Assembly (NCBI GenBank): GCA_964016885.1
Contig: OZ024743.1
Span: 249,798,001-249,862,000, forward strand
Source of the DNA: Eledone cirrhosa
Taxonomy: Eukaryota
DNA: 64,000 nt
Direction: 5' to 3'
A program made the position numbers and the translations under genes. Under the pieces are notes generated by a model. The model was given only the letters and a program-made list of their open reading frames with translations. It did not search any database and was not told the origin of the DNA. Below, piece by piece: positions 1-14,126 of this stretch (position 1 is its first letter; each line of letters begins with the position of its first letter).

Positions 1-242
1 ATACCTGTGATTCACAGGAAATTTAACTAATAAAAACAACGCCGTACTTTAACATAGCATATTTCTTTTTTAATCAAATCTTTTAGCTTTCTCTTTTCAT
101 ATTTTTGATATTTGTGAAAGAACGTGGCCCACAGCAGTGGCCCTTGAAAAAAATAATAAATATATTGTTCAGTATATTATGGTGTCGTTGTCGACGGTAA
201 CAAAGACTAACGTTTCCCTTGGGTGGTAGTAGTAACCCTTAC

Positions 243-362
243 CTGTCTTATTATTTTGATAGGGGACTCTGTTCAGTTGAACATCCTCTTCACTGCCTCC
301 ACGGCCACTATCAGATGCTCCTGTCTCACCAGAATTTTCACTGTATGTATCTTCCATCTTAG
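243..362 (-). CDS. Internal exon of a probable protocadherin cytoplasmic domain
   Basis: Acceptor ttacatttag|CT and donor ACAG|gtaagg. The exon is 120 nt, phase 1-1, and encodes KMEDTYSENSGETGASDSGRGGSEEDVQLNRVPYQNNKT. DSGRGGSEED resembles the conserved DSGxGxS cytoplasmic motif of protocadherins (recalled, not searched). Confidence 0.75.
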
Positions 363-532
363 CTAAATGTAATAAAGTTTTGTACTGAAAAAGTACAGAA
401 GGGAGAGAAAAGAAAAAGAAAAAAAAAAGAAACATTAATATGTGTGATATATATTTTAGAATCAAAACATATATATTTAATATTTTTAGACATACATTGA
501 CACACACATACATACACACACATTTATATAAA

Positions 533-780
533 GGGTAAAGTCACAAATGACCATGGGATTCACACCTAGAAAGTTCCCCTCCGAAGCACAGGTCCGGGCA
601 AGGTTGTTTGTGTAAGACCAGCAGTCACCTATGCATACTGGTCTCCCCTCTCCACACCACCAATATTGTCAAAGGTAAAGGCAATGGCTGGTACAGCTTG
701 GCATCAGTGATGTCACAACTCATTTCTACAGCTGAGTAAATTGGAGCAACATGAAGTAAAATGTCTTGCTCGCTCAAGAA
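533..780 (-). mobile_element. SINE fragment
   Basis: Shares catttctacagctgagtaaa-tggagcaa...tgtcttgctc with the tRNA-headed copies at 20.4 and 23.3 kb. Confidence 0.6.
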
Positions 781-899
781 CATATATATATATGTATATA
801 TATGTATACATATATATGTATATATATATATGTATATGTATATATACATATATATGAATGTTTAATTGGGTGTGTATATACATACATAATATAAGATGT

Positions 900-2268
900 A
901 GGTAATCAGTAAAGGTGTCTAAAGTTAAGATATATGAGGACTTTGGGGTTAAGCTGGAATCCAAATTCAGATCAGCAAATAAAGTTTTCTGGCAGGTATC
1001 TGCTGACTTTGTAATAAGAAATCCTTTCTGATATCTGTTATCAGGAATACATCTGGGGTTCTCTTCTTTTTAGAGAGATGCATCCTTGCGAAGTGGAAAG
1101 AATACTTTGCTGATATCTTAAACCTGGTCACAACACCATCTTCTGAGCATCTGGGAGCAATGACCAGTCTTTTGGAGGCTAAGGTCACAAGAGCAATTAA
1201 AGAGCTCAAATGAGGCAAGGCTACTGGTGAGGATGAAATTTGGACAAGATATTAAGAGCCTTAAATAGAGAAGGTATTCCATGGCTGACTCATGTGTGCC
1301 AGCAGGCTTGGATCTCTGGAAAGGCACCTAAGCAATAACAATTGGCAGTGATAATCCCAATTTTCAAAAAGGGAGACAAGAGAGATTGCTCAATTATAGT
1401 GGGATCTCCTTGTTAAGTGTCTGGCAAAGAGATGTAGGGAGCTAGCTGATGAACAGTGTTATTTTCACCCGCACACAGCTCAGCTGACCTAATTTTCACA
1501 TTGCAGCAGGTCTTTGAGAAATCATAGGAGTACTGCCAAGAGGCGTATGCTTTCTTTGTAGATCTAGGAAAGGCATATGACCAACCTTGCACAGGACCTG
1601 CTGTGGAAGGTTCTGCAGGCGTATGGAATTGATGGATGGCTTCTTTTTGCCTTCATGCCTCTATACAAATGCTCTAGTATTTGTGTTCACATAAATGGTG
1701 CTAAGTCAAAACCATCCAATGTGGGTGTTAGACTCCACCAAGGGAATGTTTATGAATGATGGAAGGCATGAGGTTGAATTAAATGCAAGAATTGCAAGAG
1801 CTAGTGCAGTAATGCACCAGCTTCAGTATTTAGTAATCAGAAGAAAGGAGGTAGGTGTAAAAGCCAAACCCGCTATCTTCAATTCAGTATTCTTGTTGTC
1901 AACCCTTACCTATGGTCATAATTCTTGGGTAATGACTAAAAGAATACAAGTGACTGAAATAGGGTTCTTCTCTCCGAATTGAGATATCTCAGCTCTGATA
2001 TTATGGGCATGGGGTTAGAATGTCTCAGGAATGAAGCACTAAATAGCTTTCATGGGCAAAAACCAACTGGCAGGAGACCTGGGAGTAGACCCAAAGCAAT
2101 ATGATTGGATAATATCTATGAGCTCAGCTGGTTTGGGGGATCCAGCCAGATCAATTGGAGACAGTTGCTTCTGATAAGACCCATTGGAAGGAGTGTTTGA
2201 GGACCCTCCCAACAAAAAGTTGGTGACGACGAAGAAGAAGAAGAAGAAGAAGAAGAAGAAGAAGAAGA
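900..2268 (+). mobile_element. Decayed RTE-clade (Rex3-like) LINE
   Basis: Broken frames with EDFGVKLESKFRSANKVFWQ, KATGEDEI, FVDLGKAYD, LTYGHNSWVMT and a GRPK-like C-terminus. Ends in a (GAA)n tail at about 2231-2268. Confidence 0.75.
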
Positions 2269-2494
2269 ATTAATCAATATAAATATGAATATATATATAT
2301 GACATCAATAGGACTAGAACTGTTTCATTCATTTGACATCATCAGGACTTTCCTGATGATATCAAATGAGTCAAACAGTTCTAGTCTCATTGATGTCATT
2401 CCTATATGAAATATATATGTACCTTCTCTACTAATGCATTAAGTACCTTATTTAACTAAGCTTCCCTTCTATTCATCTTCAGAAAACCATTGTT

Positions 2495-2580
2495 AATTAT
2501 ATATATACATATATACACATATACATACATATCTATATATATATACACATATATACATATCTATATATATATACACATAT

Positions 2581-2639
<59 letters not shown>

Positions 2640-3110
2640 TATATATACACACATGTATATATATGTATACACATATACATATATATATACACATATATTT
2701 TTATATTCACATATGTATATATATACACACATATATATATATATATACACACATATATATATATACACATATGTATATATACATATATATACACATATGT
2801 ATATATACATATATATATATACATATATGTATATATGTATATATACATATGTATATATACATATGTATATATACATATATACATATATACATATGTATAT
2901 ATACATATATATATACATATATGTATATATGTATATATGTATATATACATATGTATATATATACATATATATATATACATATATATGTGTATATACATAT
3001 ATATATACACATATATATATATACACACATATATATATATACACACATATATATATACACATGTATATATACATATATATACACATATGTATATATACAT
3101 ATATATATAC

Positions 3111-3192
<82 letters not shown>

Positions 3193-3274
3193 GTGTGTAT
3201 ATATATATATGTATATATACATATGTGTATATATATGTGTGTATATATATATATATACATATATATACACACAC

Positions 3275-3329
<55 letters not shown>

Positions 3330-3430
3330 TATATACATACATATATATATACACACATATATATATACATACACATATATATATATATATACACATATAT
3401 ATATACATGTATATATATATATATATGTAT
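2495..3430. repeat. Compound (TA)n/(CA)n microsatellite; similar tracts at 14.8-15.1, 23.5-23.8, 26.1-27.6, 30.95-31.5, 61.2-61.5 and 63.8-64.0 kb
   Basis: Directly visible. These tracts produce the Ile/Tyr-rich spurious ORFs. Confidence 0.98.
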
Positions 3431-3761
3431 ATCCCCAGCAAACTTTTATTTTAAGTGGTAGCATTCCTGTGACAATTAATTTTCTTCTGACATTAAAAAC
3501 ATTATACATGACAAAAAAACAAACAAATACATTAATAGATATCATATACATTATACAATAAATAGTATGGGTTCGTGTGTCAATATGTAAACTAAATGAC
3601 TAATTCTGGTTTTTAAAAATTAACAGAGACAACCTAGAAATATTAACGACACCCCTCCGTTTATTCCACACCCACCCCCCACATACTTCAACTAGACCGC
3701 TTATTCCCCCCCCCCCTATTTATTATGGACCCAAGAGTATATATATGTATATATATATATA

Positions 3762-3986
3762 GTGCACGCTGTAATGTGGCCGTGTAAGTAACACGGTAAA
3801 AACCTCCCAGTCCACACTGTAAACGTTGTTGGTGTTAGGAAGGGCATCCAGCCATAGAAAATCTGCCAGACAGTCCTATACGAGCGAGACACGGTCTCCC
3901 GACCAATCTTGCCTCAAGTGGGACAATTCCCGTCTAAACCCATACTAGAGTGGAAGATAGATGTTAAACGATGATGATGATGATGA
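3762..3986 (+). mobile_element. Solo RTE 3' UTR / derived SINE with (GAT)n tail
   Basis: Matches the 3' UTR behind RTE ORFs at 24.35-24.6 kb (minus) and 10.5-10.8 kb. Confidence 0.75.
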
Positions 3987-4009
3987 TATATGTACTCTTG
4001 AAGGCAGGA

Positions 4010-4335
4010 CCAGCCCATGAACTGGATGCCACTGTGTGGCGTCAAAGGTCCCATCCATCGCATCGAGAAGAAGGACCGCATACTACAACAGTCTAAGGGA
4101 CCTCAGCTTTTTAATAAGCTGCCAAAAAATCTGAGAGATATACACAGTGTTCATGTAAATGTCTTCAAGAAACATCTCGACATTCTACAGACCAAGATCC
4201 TGGAACCCACAGCACGAGGAGAGGCATAAATAAGAACAGCAGCAACAAGCTCCCTTTTGCAACAATGTCCATCCAGGGAAGACTGACTATAGAAAATGTA
4301 GTATCGATGGCAGTGCCCCAGCATGGCCTCAGTCG
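4010..4335 (+). mobile_element. 3' fragment of a CR1/L2-like LINE
   Basis: KGPQLFNKLPKNLRD...FKKHLD resembles the C-terminal motif of CR1/L2/jockey-group ORF2. Confidence 0.55.
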
Positions 4336-4375
4336 CTCGGCTGGAACACATAATAGTATTATATATAGTATGTGT

Positions 4376-4406
<31 letters not shown>

Positions 4407-4703
4407 TTATAACTTTGAAAACCACTTATGCATCTACTTATTCTGATGACATATATATATATATATACATAAATATATATATATATATGTATATATATTA
4501 TATATATATAACGGAGGAAATGTGGTAAGGAACCAGGTGGACCATAACGCACCAAAGTACTCAATACTTAGGGTAGTAGAGTGGGTAATAGGAACGAGTA
4601 GGACCCCGACGGCAGAGCTCAAGCCGTTTTGACGGCTAATTCTGGAGTCCAGAATTAGCCGTCGAAACGGCTTGAGCTCAGCCATCGGGGTCCTACTCGT
4701 TCC

Positions 4704-4735
<32 letters not shown>

Positions 4736-4769
4736 TATATATATATATGTATATATATGTATATATATG

Positions 4770-4817
<48 letters not shown>

Positions 4818-4834
4818 GTATATATATTATATAT

Positions 4835-4863
<29 letters not shown>

Positions 4864-4869
<6 letters not shown>

Positions 4870-5411
4870 GTTATACTTTGGGAGGGTCATGTTGCCAATA
4901 AGAAACACACGCACCAGTTGCTTTCACTTCAATTTAATTTATTAAATATTTATAAGTTTACAAATTTATAAATTTATAAATTTCTGGTTGGTTGGTTGGT
5001 TCCACAACTAGATAGTTGTTTATATATATATAGTCATAGTTCTTTCGTCACACACTCTGTGACCTCTTCAGTGACTGGGGATTTCTTTCTTCGTTTCTGT
5101 GCCTTTCCTTTCTTCTATCCTACGCCATTTTGTTTGTCACAAACAAAATGGCGTAGGATAGAAGAAAGGAAAGGCACAGAAACGAAGAAAGAAATCCCCA
5201 GTCACTGAAGAGGTCACAGAGTGTGTGACGAAAGAACTATGACTATATATATATAAACAACTATCTGGTTGTGGAACCAACCAACCAACCAGAAATTTAT
5301 AAATTTATAAATTTGTAAACTTATAAATATTTAATAAATTAAATTGAAGTGAAAGCAACTGGTGCGTGTGTTTCTTATTGGCAACATGACCCTCCCAAAG
5401 TATAACAATAT
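4864..5411. repeat. Near-perfect ~550-bp palindrome carrying two hammerhead motifs
   Basis: Arms of about 273 bp are centred on C5138 (ccattttgtttgt-c-acaaacaaaatgg). I saw one mismatch. Flanked by (TA)n. Confidence 0.95.
5200..5244 (+). ncRNA. Minimal type I hammerhead ribozyme (mirror copy 5032-5076 on minus)
   Basis: agtca-CTGAAGA-g-gtcaca(gagtg)tgtgac-GAAA-gaac-TA-tgact: 5-bp stem I, complete core, 6-bp stem II, minimal stem III. Confidence 0.85.
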
Positions 5412-5543
5412 CGGTTTCAACACACGATTTCAGATAAAGAATCTTGCTAAACAAATTCAGAAACGAAATATATATATATATATATGTATATATATGTATA
5501 TATATTATATATATATATATATATATGTGTGTATATATATATA

Positions 5544-5625
<82 letters not shown>

Positions 5626-6964
5626 ATCAGAATAAGTAAATGCATAAGTGGTTTTCACATTTATATAGACATGTGTGTGTGCTTAGCCTGTGTGAATACT
5701 CTTTAAATATATGTATATATTTATACCCCATATAATGTTGTTTCCGATGATGTTTGCTCCATTTGATTCAATCAAGAGAACAATATATATATATATGTAT
5801 ATATATCATCAACAAGGAAAAACAACACAGGAGAACAATACATTACAATGATGATACATATATATTAGTTTAATGTTTGGTGTTTTAATGTGTTTTAACA
5901 TTTCAGAGTTAGCGCGAGATAGACGAAATAGTAAGAAATGGAAGAAACGGAAGAAAAAATTGCTGACAGGAGGTAAGTATGTAAGTACTTAGTCAGCCAT
6001 TTTGAAGTATATATATATATACATATATACACACAAAGATAAGGTGAAAACTCGTGATGGGGCGAGCAGACAGCAGAAGGATCTTCTGAGGAAGTACTCC
6101 CACCAAGCAAATGTTTCCTCCTGCTTGCTGTTTTTAGGCTCCTCCTGGATATGAACCTGGGACATTCCAGTGATCTTGTTTCCCATTCCAGCCACAAAGA
6201 CCTTCAGTAGGACTAACACTTCATATCTAATTAAACCTACTAAGCCTGAATTTTTCCTTAATAGAGTATATATACAATATATATAAATATTTTTTAGTAG
6301 CAATCTATTTTTAGCGGCTTGATGTATTCTATTTTAGCTCCAGTTGTCATTCCTCTTTGACCATAACCATATTGAGCTTTTCTCAGCTTTTTCTGACAGG
6401 CATTTGATCGTTGCTCTTCTTTTCCGACTTTGATTCCGAACTGACATATTAGTTGACAAATTTTCGTGCACCAACTTCCACTGGCTTTATTGTACACTAT
6501 TGACAGGTCATGTTGTTTATCTACTCGGCTCTCATCGAGGAGTGCCAGTTCAACCTTTATGACTCTTCGAGGAGTGCCAGTTCAACCTTTATGACTCTAA
6601 CGCCTAACTACGATCGCAAGATGTCTTGTCTTTGTCCTATCTTATTATCTCCCTTGCATCTAGATATTTTTCGTCCTAAGTTACCTCCCTTCTATATTTA
6701 TTTATAATTTTTTTTTCTTGGATACGCGTTCGTCAACTAATATATCCTGCCTTCCTTCAATTTTAATCAAGATGATGATGATAATGAGAATGCAATCATT
6801 TTAATTTATTTGAGCAGACAAAAGAAAGAAAAAGAGATATATTGTTAATGTTTTTTGTAAATCCAAAATTACAAGATAATGTCATTGTTGTCATCTTCAC
6901 CATCAATGTCACATCACCCTATCATTTTATGCTCCCAAACATGTGTGTGTGCGTGTGTGTGTAT

Positions 6965-7008
<44 letters not shown>

Positions 7009-9337
7009 ATGTGTGTGTGTGTGTATATGTATACATGTATGAATGTATGTATGTATATATGTGTGTGTCTGTATGTGTCGTTGTATAGCATGTATTACCT
7101 TCATGTGGAAGCAAACACATCCAGATTCAAACCAAACAAAAGTCATGTACCCAAGAAAATGTAAACCATACACCTACAATCGACTCAAACCACAGGGTCC
7201 AGACCACTCACGGGAAACCTAAACCATGCATGTCCTAATTATGTTCCTACCCCTGACTCACACCAATTAAAGATGTCATCAGGAAACGATCGTCATATTA
7301 CCTAATTTCTATATAATAATAATATGCATTGACTATGACCCCATTACATAATTGGCATGAAACTCATGTAAAACCAGTCCAATTCTTAGTAACTACCACC
7401 AATCCAAATCCCTTAAAAGCTTAATCTGATACATACAACAATCCTAACCCTATACTTAACTACCAGGATCTGAACTGACCCAACTCAGCCAAGATCCTAT
7501 AATTAACATCAATTAATTCAAAACTTAATGAACCAACAAACCTGAATATTGTTGCATGTGTATTCATATCCAGTTCCTACACGTACATGTTCATATACAC
7601 ATTTATACACACACCTATATATTTCCTCAAAGTTCTCCTTTTTTCTGCAGCACACACAATAGTAAGTTAGTGTTTAGCACATAACAAAGTTTCTTACATA
7701 GAATTATGAGGGGAAATATTTAGAAAAATATAGATGTTTTAAAATAAACGGTTTTGTATCATAGAACCAGAGGTAGTTACAGGTGGTTCAGTATCAAAAG
7801 AGTTAATGTAATAAATTATTCAACAATTTTCTCTCAAAACTATCTAGCTCTAACTCCAAGTCTAATATTTCAGCATTAATTTTGGTTTAAATCGAAAAAC
7901 TCAAACTACGTGGTAAAAGCTGAAATTGATGTTTTCTTTCCCAATTCCCAAAACCAAACTATGGTGTCTGGAAGAATTATGTTATATATGAAGACAATTA
8001 TGGAGAAAATTGTAATGCAGACTTATATGGTTGTTATTTATTATGATATTTATTATTTCACTGGTTTCACTTATTCAACTGCAACCATGATCATAACCCC
8101 AGCACTTATTTGTTTTGCCTGGTACTTATTTTAGCAATCTCAGTTTTGTCAAATCACTAAGTTATGAGACTTAAACACACACACACACTCACACACCACA
8201 TACACAATGGACTTCAACACAGTTTCCATCTACCAAATATCACACACAAGGCATCGATCAACCGAAGACTGTAGTAGAAAACACTTTTCCAAGGCGGTGT
8301 TACCCTGAAGTGGGATTGAACCTGAAACTACATGGTTTGTGAAACAACCTTCTTAACTCCACACTATTGGATACTATCATTGTATATTGGAACTAGGACA
8401 GAGAATTGACAGTATTGGTAGAGCATCAGATAAAATACTGCACAGCATAGAGTTATGACTCTTTACATTCTGAGTTCAAATTCAACCAAGCTCAATTTTA
8501 CCTTTGATCCTTCTGGGGTCAATAAAATAAAGTAGCTGTAAAGTATTGGGGTTAATTTAACTAACATTCCTCCTTCCAAAAATTGCTGGCCTTGTGCCTG
8601 AATTAGAAACTGTTATTTATTGGAACTTCTAAATAGCTTCAGGGTTTTAATATCACTTCAATGTAAACAAAAATACAGCAACAACACCAGATTATAATAC
8701 TGTTATTGCAAGTATTCAAATATAGAAATAAATAATAGAGAAAGGTGGCTCAGTGAGAGAGAGGGGCAAGAGATGGAGTAGGGGTGAGAGGGTGAAGGGG
8801 ATGGCAGTGGGTGAGAGGGATGAGAGAGGGTTAGAGGGAGGGTGGAGGGATGAGAGGGTGTGTGGGAACAAGAGAGGGTGAGAGAGGGGGAAGGGGGAGA
8901 GGTGAATGAATGCAGAGGACTGCAGAATTTGCACAAAATAAAAGAAACTTGCAAACATAAAATTTAACAAACATACCACAACAATGTCAACAACAAAAAC
9001 AAATTTTAAATTAAGCAACAAAATTTAGAACAACATAGAATTTTTGGAAAAATTTCAAATAAATTTGAGAAAAAAAAAACGAAAATGTATCTTGAAATAA
9101 ATGAATAAAAATAAGGAACAATAAAGAAGCAACACAATAAATAAGGATTTAAAAACTGAATGGAAATTGTTTTTAAATAGAAAAATTACATAAGATGGCA
9201 TTTTTGAGATGAAACAACAACAGAAATAATAATAATAATAATAATAATAATGATAATGCCCAATGATTATATTTCATGCTGTGGACATGCTGCTTAAGAG
9301 GACATTCTGTAAACAAACATGCAACACACTGGAAAAG

Positions 9338-9415
<78 letters not shown>

Positions 9416-10182
9416 ACCATTAAAACAATCATTTTCTTTTATCTATTTATCTAGAGAGAGGTGGGGAGAGCTAAGTGGCATTTATACTGTTTTCCTAATC
9501 ATTATCATCATCATCAAATATGTTATCTTTAATCCACAAAAGCTGCAATCAAAAGATGACCCAACTACCACTATCTGGTAATATATTTCAGGGCTGCCAC
9601 ACTGATAGGTAGATCCTGGGGAAAACTGAAGTGATGCTTTTATGGAGATGAGTTGATGTATGCTATGCTGAAGAGAACAGAAAGATAGGAGCTTTAACCT
9701 AACTTCTCACAGACAAACAGCATAGATATAAGACCTTCAGGGTTGAAAATGATGATGTAGTAGGTGGAGTAGACATTTAACACAAGTTGAGAACTACGCA
9801 GTTAGAGTAAAGACAGAATTATAAAACTTAGAATAGTCATAGGCAATAAAATAACAATGGTTAACTCTACTTATGCATCACAATCAAGACGAAGTAAATA
9901 ACAAAAGGGCAGTTTTTATGAGGACCTCTTGCAGATGATTTCAATAACAGATGGCAGCAACAGGTGATTTGTAGGTCAACAATAGGATGGCTATGTGACT
10001 ATGGACATTGTTCAAGAATTGAAGAGGATTCAACGCTCCTAGAATTTTGTGATGCAAATGACCTATGACAATATTAATTTCAAGAAACTGACCAGCTATA
10101 TGATCAACTACAATTCAGGTGAAAATACGTGCCACATTGAGTTCTTGCTCACTAGAAAATAGGATAGCCAGATAATTATGAG

Positions 10183-10777
10183 TGCAAAGCATAAATGAAT
10201 TGAGAGAGAGACTGAGCATAAGAGGAATCAAATGCTGTGTGCAGGAGAGGTGGTTGCGTTGGTATGGACATGTGATGAATATGAAGGATGACAGCTGCAT
10301 AAAAATGTGCAGAGCAGTAGAAGTTGATGGAAACCGCAGAGTGGGGCGACCCAAGAAGACCTGGGATGAGGTGATAAAAGCCAGCCTTACCCAATTGCAC
10401 CTCTCAAAGGTGATGACACACGACCGTGACCTCTGGCGTCATGCAGTAATACAGAAGACCCGACCCCCCACGGGTACAAGCCGAAGCTGAAGCATATAGA
10501 CAATATGCCCCACCCCCTCTCACTGCAAAGTGGTCGTGGAGGTGCTACGGCAAAAAAACACCCAGCCCACACTGTAAAGTGAACGTGTAGGCGCCACGGA
10601 AAAAAAGCACCCAGCACTCACTGTAAATGAGGTTGGTGTTAGGAAGGGCCTCCAGCTGTAGAAATCAAGCCAGAATCAGTTCCCGTATGAGCAAGACAAG
10701 GTCAGCTGACCGGACACTGCCCACAACAGGACAACCCGTCTAACCCATGCTAGCGTGGAAGAACGGACGTAAAACGG

Positions 10778-10810
<33 letters not shown>
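10183..10810 (+). mobile_element. Younger 5'-truncated RTE nested in the old RTE
   Basis: ORF QERWLRWYGHVMNM...GRPKKTWDEV, then 3' UTR and a long (GAT)n tail. The host element resumes afterwards. Confidence 0.8.
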
Positions 10811-10811
<1 letters not shown>

Positions 10812-11749
10812 GTCCTTTCATGGATAATAATGCACCCCTCAATGTAAGTTAGTTATCACTCAGAATAAGAACCAGACGAAAACAGAAGTGCAGGAAAATC
10901 TAGAAAAGGTAGATGTGGAAGATAAAATCCTCTGTTAAATATAGGTTCAGAAAAGCTCTATGTGACATGTATGACAAGAGGGAGGAGGAGATGATACATA
11001 TGACACAGAGGACAATTGGAAGTTCTTATGGGACATGGTACCAGCCAGACAGAGAGTGACTGAGTGGTGGAACAGCACTATAGACAGAGCCATTAAAGAT
11101 AAAAAAACAAGCATGGAAAAACTAGAAACATGGAAGTAGCAAGGAACACTATCATATAGCTAAAAGATGAGCTTGACATTAGGCTTACATAGCACATAAA
11201 GAAGTTGAAAGCAAGTTTGCTGTAGTCTATAATGTGAGGGTGTGAGGTGTTTAAAACAACATGTCAGTATGAATCAGTATGTTATCTGGGAAAAGTGTGT
11301 TCAGAATAACATCATTACACTAAACTTCACTAATACAGAAAAGAAAAAAGTTTGGGAAATGTTATTATGAGAGATTGATGAATGAGGAGGATGAGTGAGA
11401 AGAAGAAGAAAGAACTACTCCCTATAGACTCCAGAGAGTAACCATCATTTGAAGTTGACAGTTACAAAGTCAAGAAAGATGCAAATTAGATGAGATGCAG
11501 TTTCGTTTGGTGCCAGGAAGGAGTTCCACAGATGCTCTCTTCTTAGAAAGACAAGAGAAGTTCCTAGTCAAATGGAAGCCACTACATCTAGCTTTTGTTG
11601 GTCTGGAGAAGGCCTTTGACAAAGTTCCATAATTTGACATCTGGTAGTCTTTAAAAAAGCTGGAGTTAGATGAGTGGCTTATGAGAGTAAGCCATGTAGG
11701 GAGGTGCTCTTAGCAGAATGAAAGTAAGTAATGTGTTTAGTGAAGAATT

Positions 11750-11937
11750 AAATAGTTAAAGTTTGTTCTAAGCCCAGAGGCTCATCAGTCTGGTGCTTAC
11801 CCCAGCTTTTATTGGCATTAAGTGACTGACAGTTCAAAACTCCTTCCCTGGACAGGATGCTAGTCCATTGCAAGGTTAAATCCCAGCTACTGCTGGTAAT
11901 TATTTTCAGCAGAGTGTACTGAAGCAACATGAAATGA
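11750..11937 (-). mobile_element. SINE fragment with 13-bp target-site duplication
   Basis: ttagtgaagaatt is repeated at 11737-11749 and 11938-11950 and interrupts RTE RT sequence. Confidence 0.7.
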
Positions 11938-13092
11938 TTAGTGAAGAATTCATTGTACAGGTAGGTGTTCATCTGGATTCTGTCCTCAACCCACAATAAA
12001 GGAGTTTAAGACCGAGTGTCCATGCGAATATCTGTATGCTGATGACCTGTTTCTTATTGCTGAATCTATGGAAAAGCTAGAGAAAAAATTCCTACTGAGG
12101 AAACAGATCTTAGAATCAAAAGCGCTCAGAGTAACTTAACAAAGACCAAAGTACTAGTAAGTAGGAAAGAAGACAGGTCTCTGATCTCATCTGGGATGTG
12201 GATGTGATTGATATGTAGAAAAAGAGTCAGTAGGAACTCTATATGATGCACACACTTTCAAACACGGGTACATAAGAAGTGTAATGGGATTATAAGCAGA
12301 CTAACGGAAAAGGTAGACTTTGTATGTGGGAGATACACAGGTGCAATTAGTAATAAAAGCCCCCGTGAAATAAATATTTTCCAATCCTGTGAAGGCTTCA
12401 TAGAAGTAGTTACCTAAGTGACCTAATAAGCAGTAGCTGTTAATATGGTGACCTAATAAACAGTAGCTGAAGTTGCTTTGAAAGTATAGTTATTAGAATA
12501 AGAGCAAGATAGAAAAGCTCTGGAGCTATAACCTCTGTTGACAACAAAGGTTTCTCTTTATGAACAAAAGGCTAGGTCTATGATGTTGCATAAAGTAAAA
12601 CATGGGCAGTAAATGTAGAAAATATGTGAAGATTGAAGTAAAATGAAGCAGGCATGCTTCAATTTAAATTTCAATACAAAGGTACAATGAAAGTGTGTAT
12701 GAACAGTGAAAAACATTGATGAGCTGAGAGAGAAACTGGGAGAGAAAAGATGAACCAAATATAGAACACTGCACTGATACAGATGTGATACATATAGATA
12801 ATTATTGAGTGAAAATTGCTAGGAGTTGAAGGAAGTCAAAATGGAGGAAGACTTGGACATAAGTAGTGAGGGTAAATCTCAAAACACAGAAACCGACAGA
12901 AAGGACAATGAAGTACAGGGTGGCTGTATTAGAAAAGACCCACCCAACCCTTGCAGACTTGGGAAAATGGAGCTAAAAAAGAATGATGATGATGACTATA
13001 TATATATACTAAAAGGGCAATACTTTTTTTTATTTTACTACATATCTCACAATTCTTCATATTAACTACACTAATCTCTCTCTCTCTCTATG

Positions 13093-13165
<73 letters not shown>

Positions 13166-13554
13166 TTAATATAGAAATGACTTCTACAGGACTAGAACAC
13201 TGTTTCATTCGAAGGAAATCATCAGGAAAGCCTGATGATTTCCTTCGAATGAAACAGCTTTAGTCTTGTAGAAGCCATTTCTATATTAAATATTTATACT
13301 CTGCAATATATATAATATATATATATTTATATATATATATATAATTCATGCATAAATGATTAGTTATAATAATTTTTTTGCTGTGAAAAATCTTACAATT
13401 TAAAAATTCACAACCAAAATTCTAGGCATTTTATAATTGAGTTCTATCACATCATCTTACCATAATGTTCTATCATAGCACCCACTAATAGAGTTCTATC
13501 ATCGCATTTTCTCTCAGAGTTCTATCCTAAAGTTCTATCACACCATTCTATCAT

Positions 13555-13742
13555 AATTGTTTCTACTTTTGGCACAAGGCCAGCAATTACCCAGTACATT
13601 ACTGGTACTTTATTTTATCGACCCCGTAAGGATGAAAGGCAAAGTTACCCTCGGCGGGATTTGAACTCAGATCATAAAGGGACGTAACTCTATGCTTCAA
13701 AGCATGGTGTCCGACTCTCTACCGATACTGCCAATCCACCAA
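13555..13742 (-). mobile_element. tRNA-derived SINE family D (other copies near 8.4, 16.0-17.4, 20.8-21.2, 43.9, 50.1, 57.6-58.3 and 58.9-59.9 kb)
   Basis: Minus-strand head TGGCAGTATCGGTAGAG (A-box-like) and GAGTTCAAATCC (B box). The ~190-bp body is repeated many times, with (ATT)n tails. Confidence 0.85.
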
Positions 13743-14066
13743 TGTCTTATCATAGTGTTCAATCATAGTGTTCTATGATAGTGTTTTCTCATAGTGTTTT
13801 ATGACAAAGCTGAAGATTAGATGCATTTCATTCACAGTAAAAACTATGATAAGTTACATATGAAAACCAGTTAACTTGATAAACTATTGCTGATAAATAG
13901 TAATCAATATTTATTATAATGATATTATAATAATATCCTTATAAACTATATACAATATTTTATTTAATATTTAACATTTAATATTGTTATAAACTGTGAG
14001 GCATAAATGGTATTTGTTGTTTAATAATATTATAAACTGTATTATATTAAATATTCTCTTTGTGTA

Positions 14067-14126
<60 letters not shown>

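Larger units (their letters stand above)
9560..12995 (+). mobile_element. Old, heavily decayed near-full-length RTE LINE with two nested insertions
   Basis: Endonuclease-like start, then PLHLAFVGLEKAFDKVP, YADDL and PHD-like remnants, ending in a (GAT)n tail at about 12985. Confidence 0.7.

Noticed and set aside
2490-3561. Long Ile/Tyr/His-rich ORFs here and at 14.7, 23.4, 26-27.6, 30.9, 56.8 and 61.2 kb
   Set aside because: They are translations of dinucleotide microsatellites, which lack stop codons.
6155-6215. Minus-strand HHR-like CTGAAGG...GAAAC...GTC
   Set aside because: A9 is missing and stems I-III do not pair convincingly.
8745-8910. G/purine-rich tract as a regulatory G-quadruplex
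   Set aside because: It is ordinary low-complexity sequence with no supporting context.
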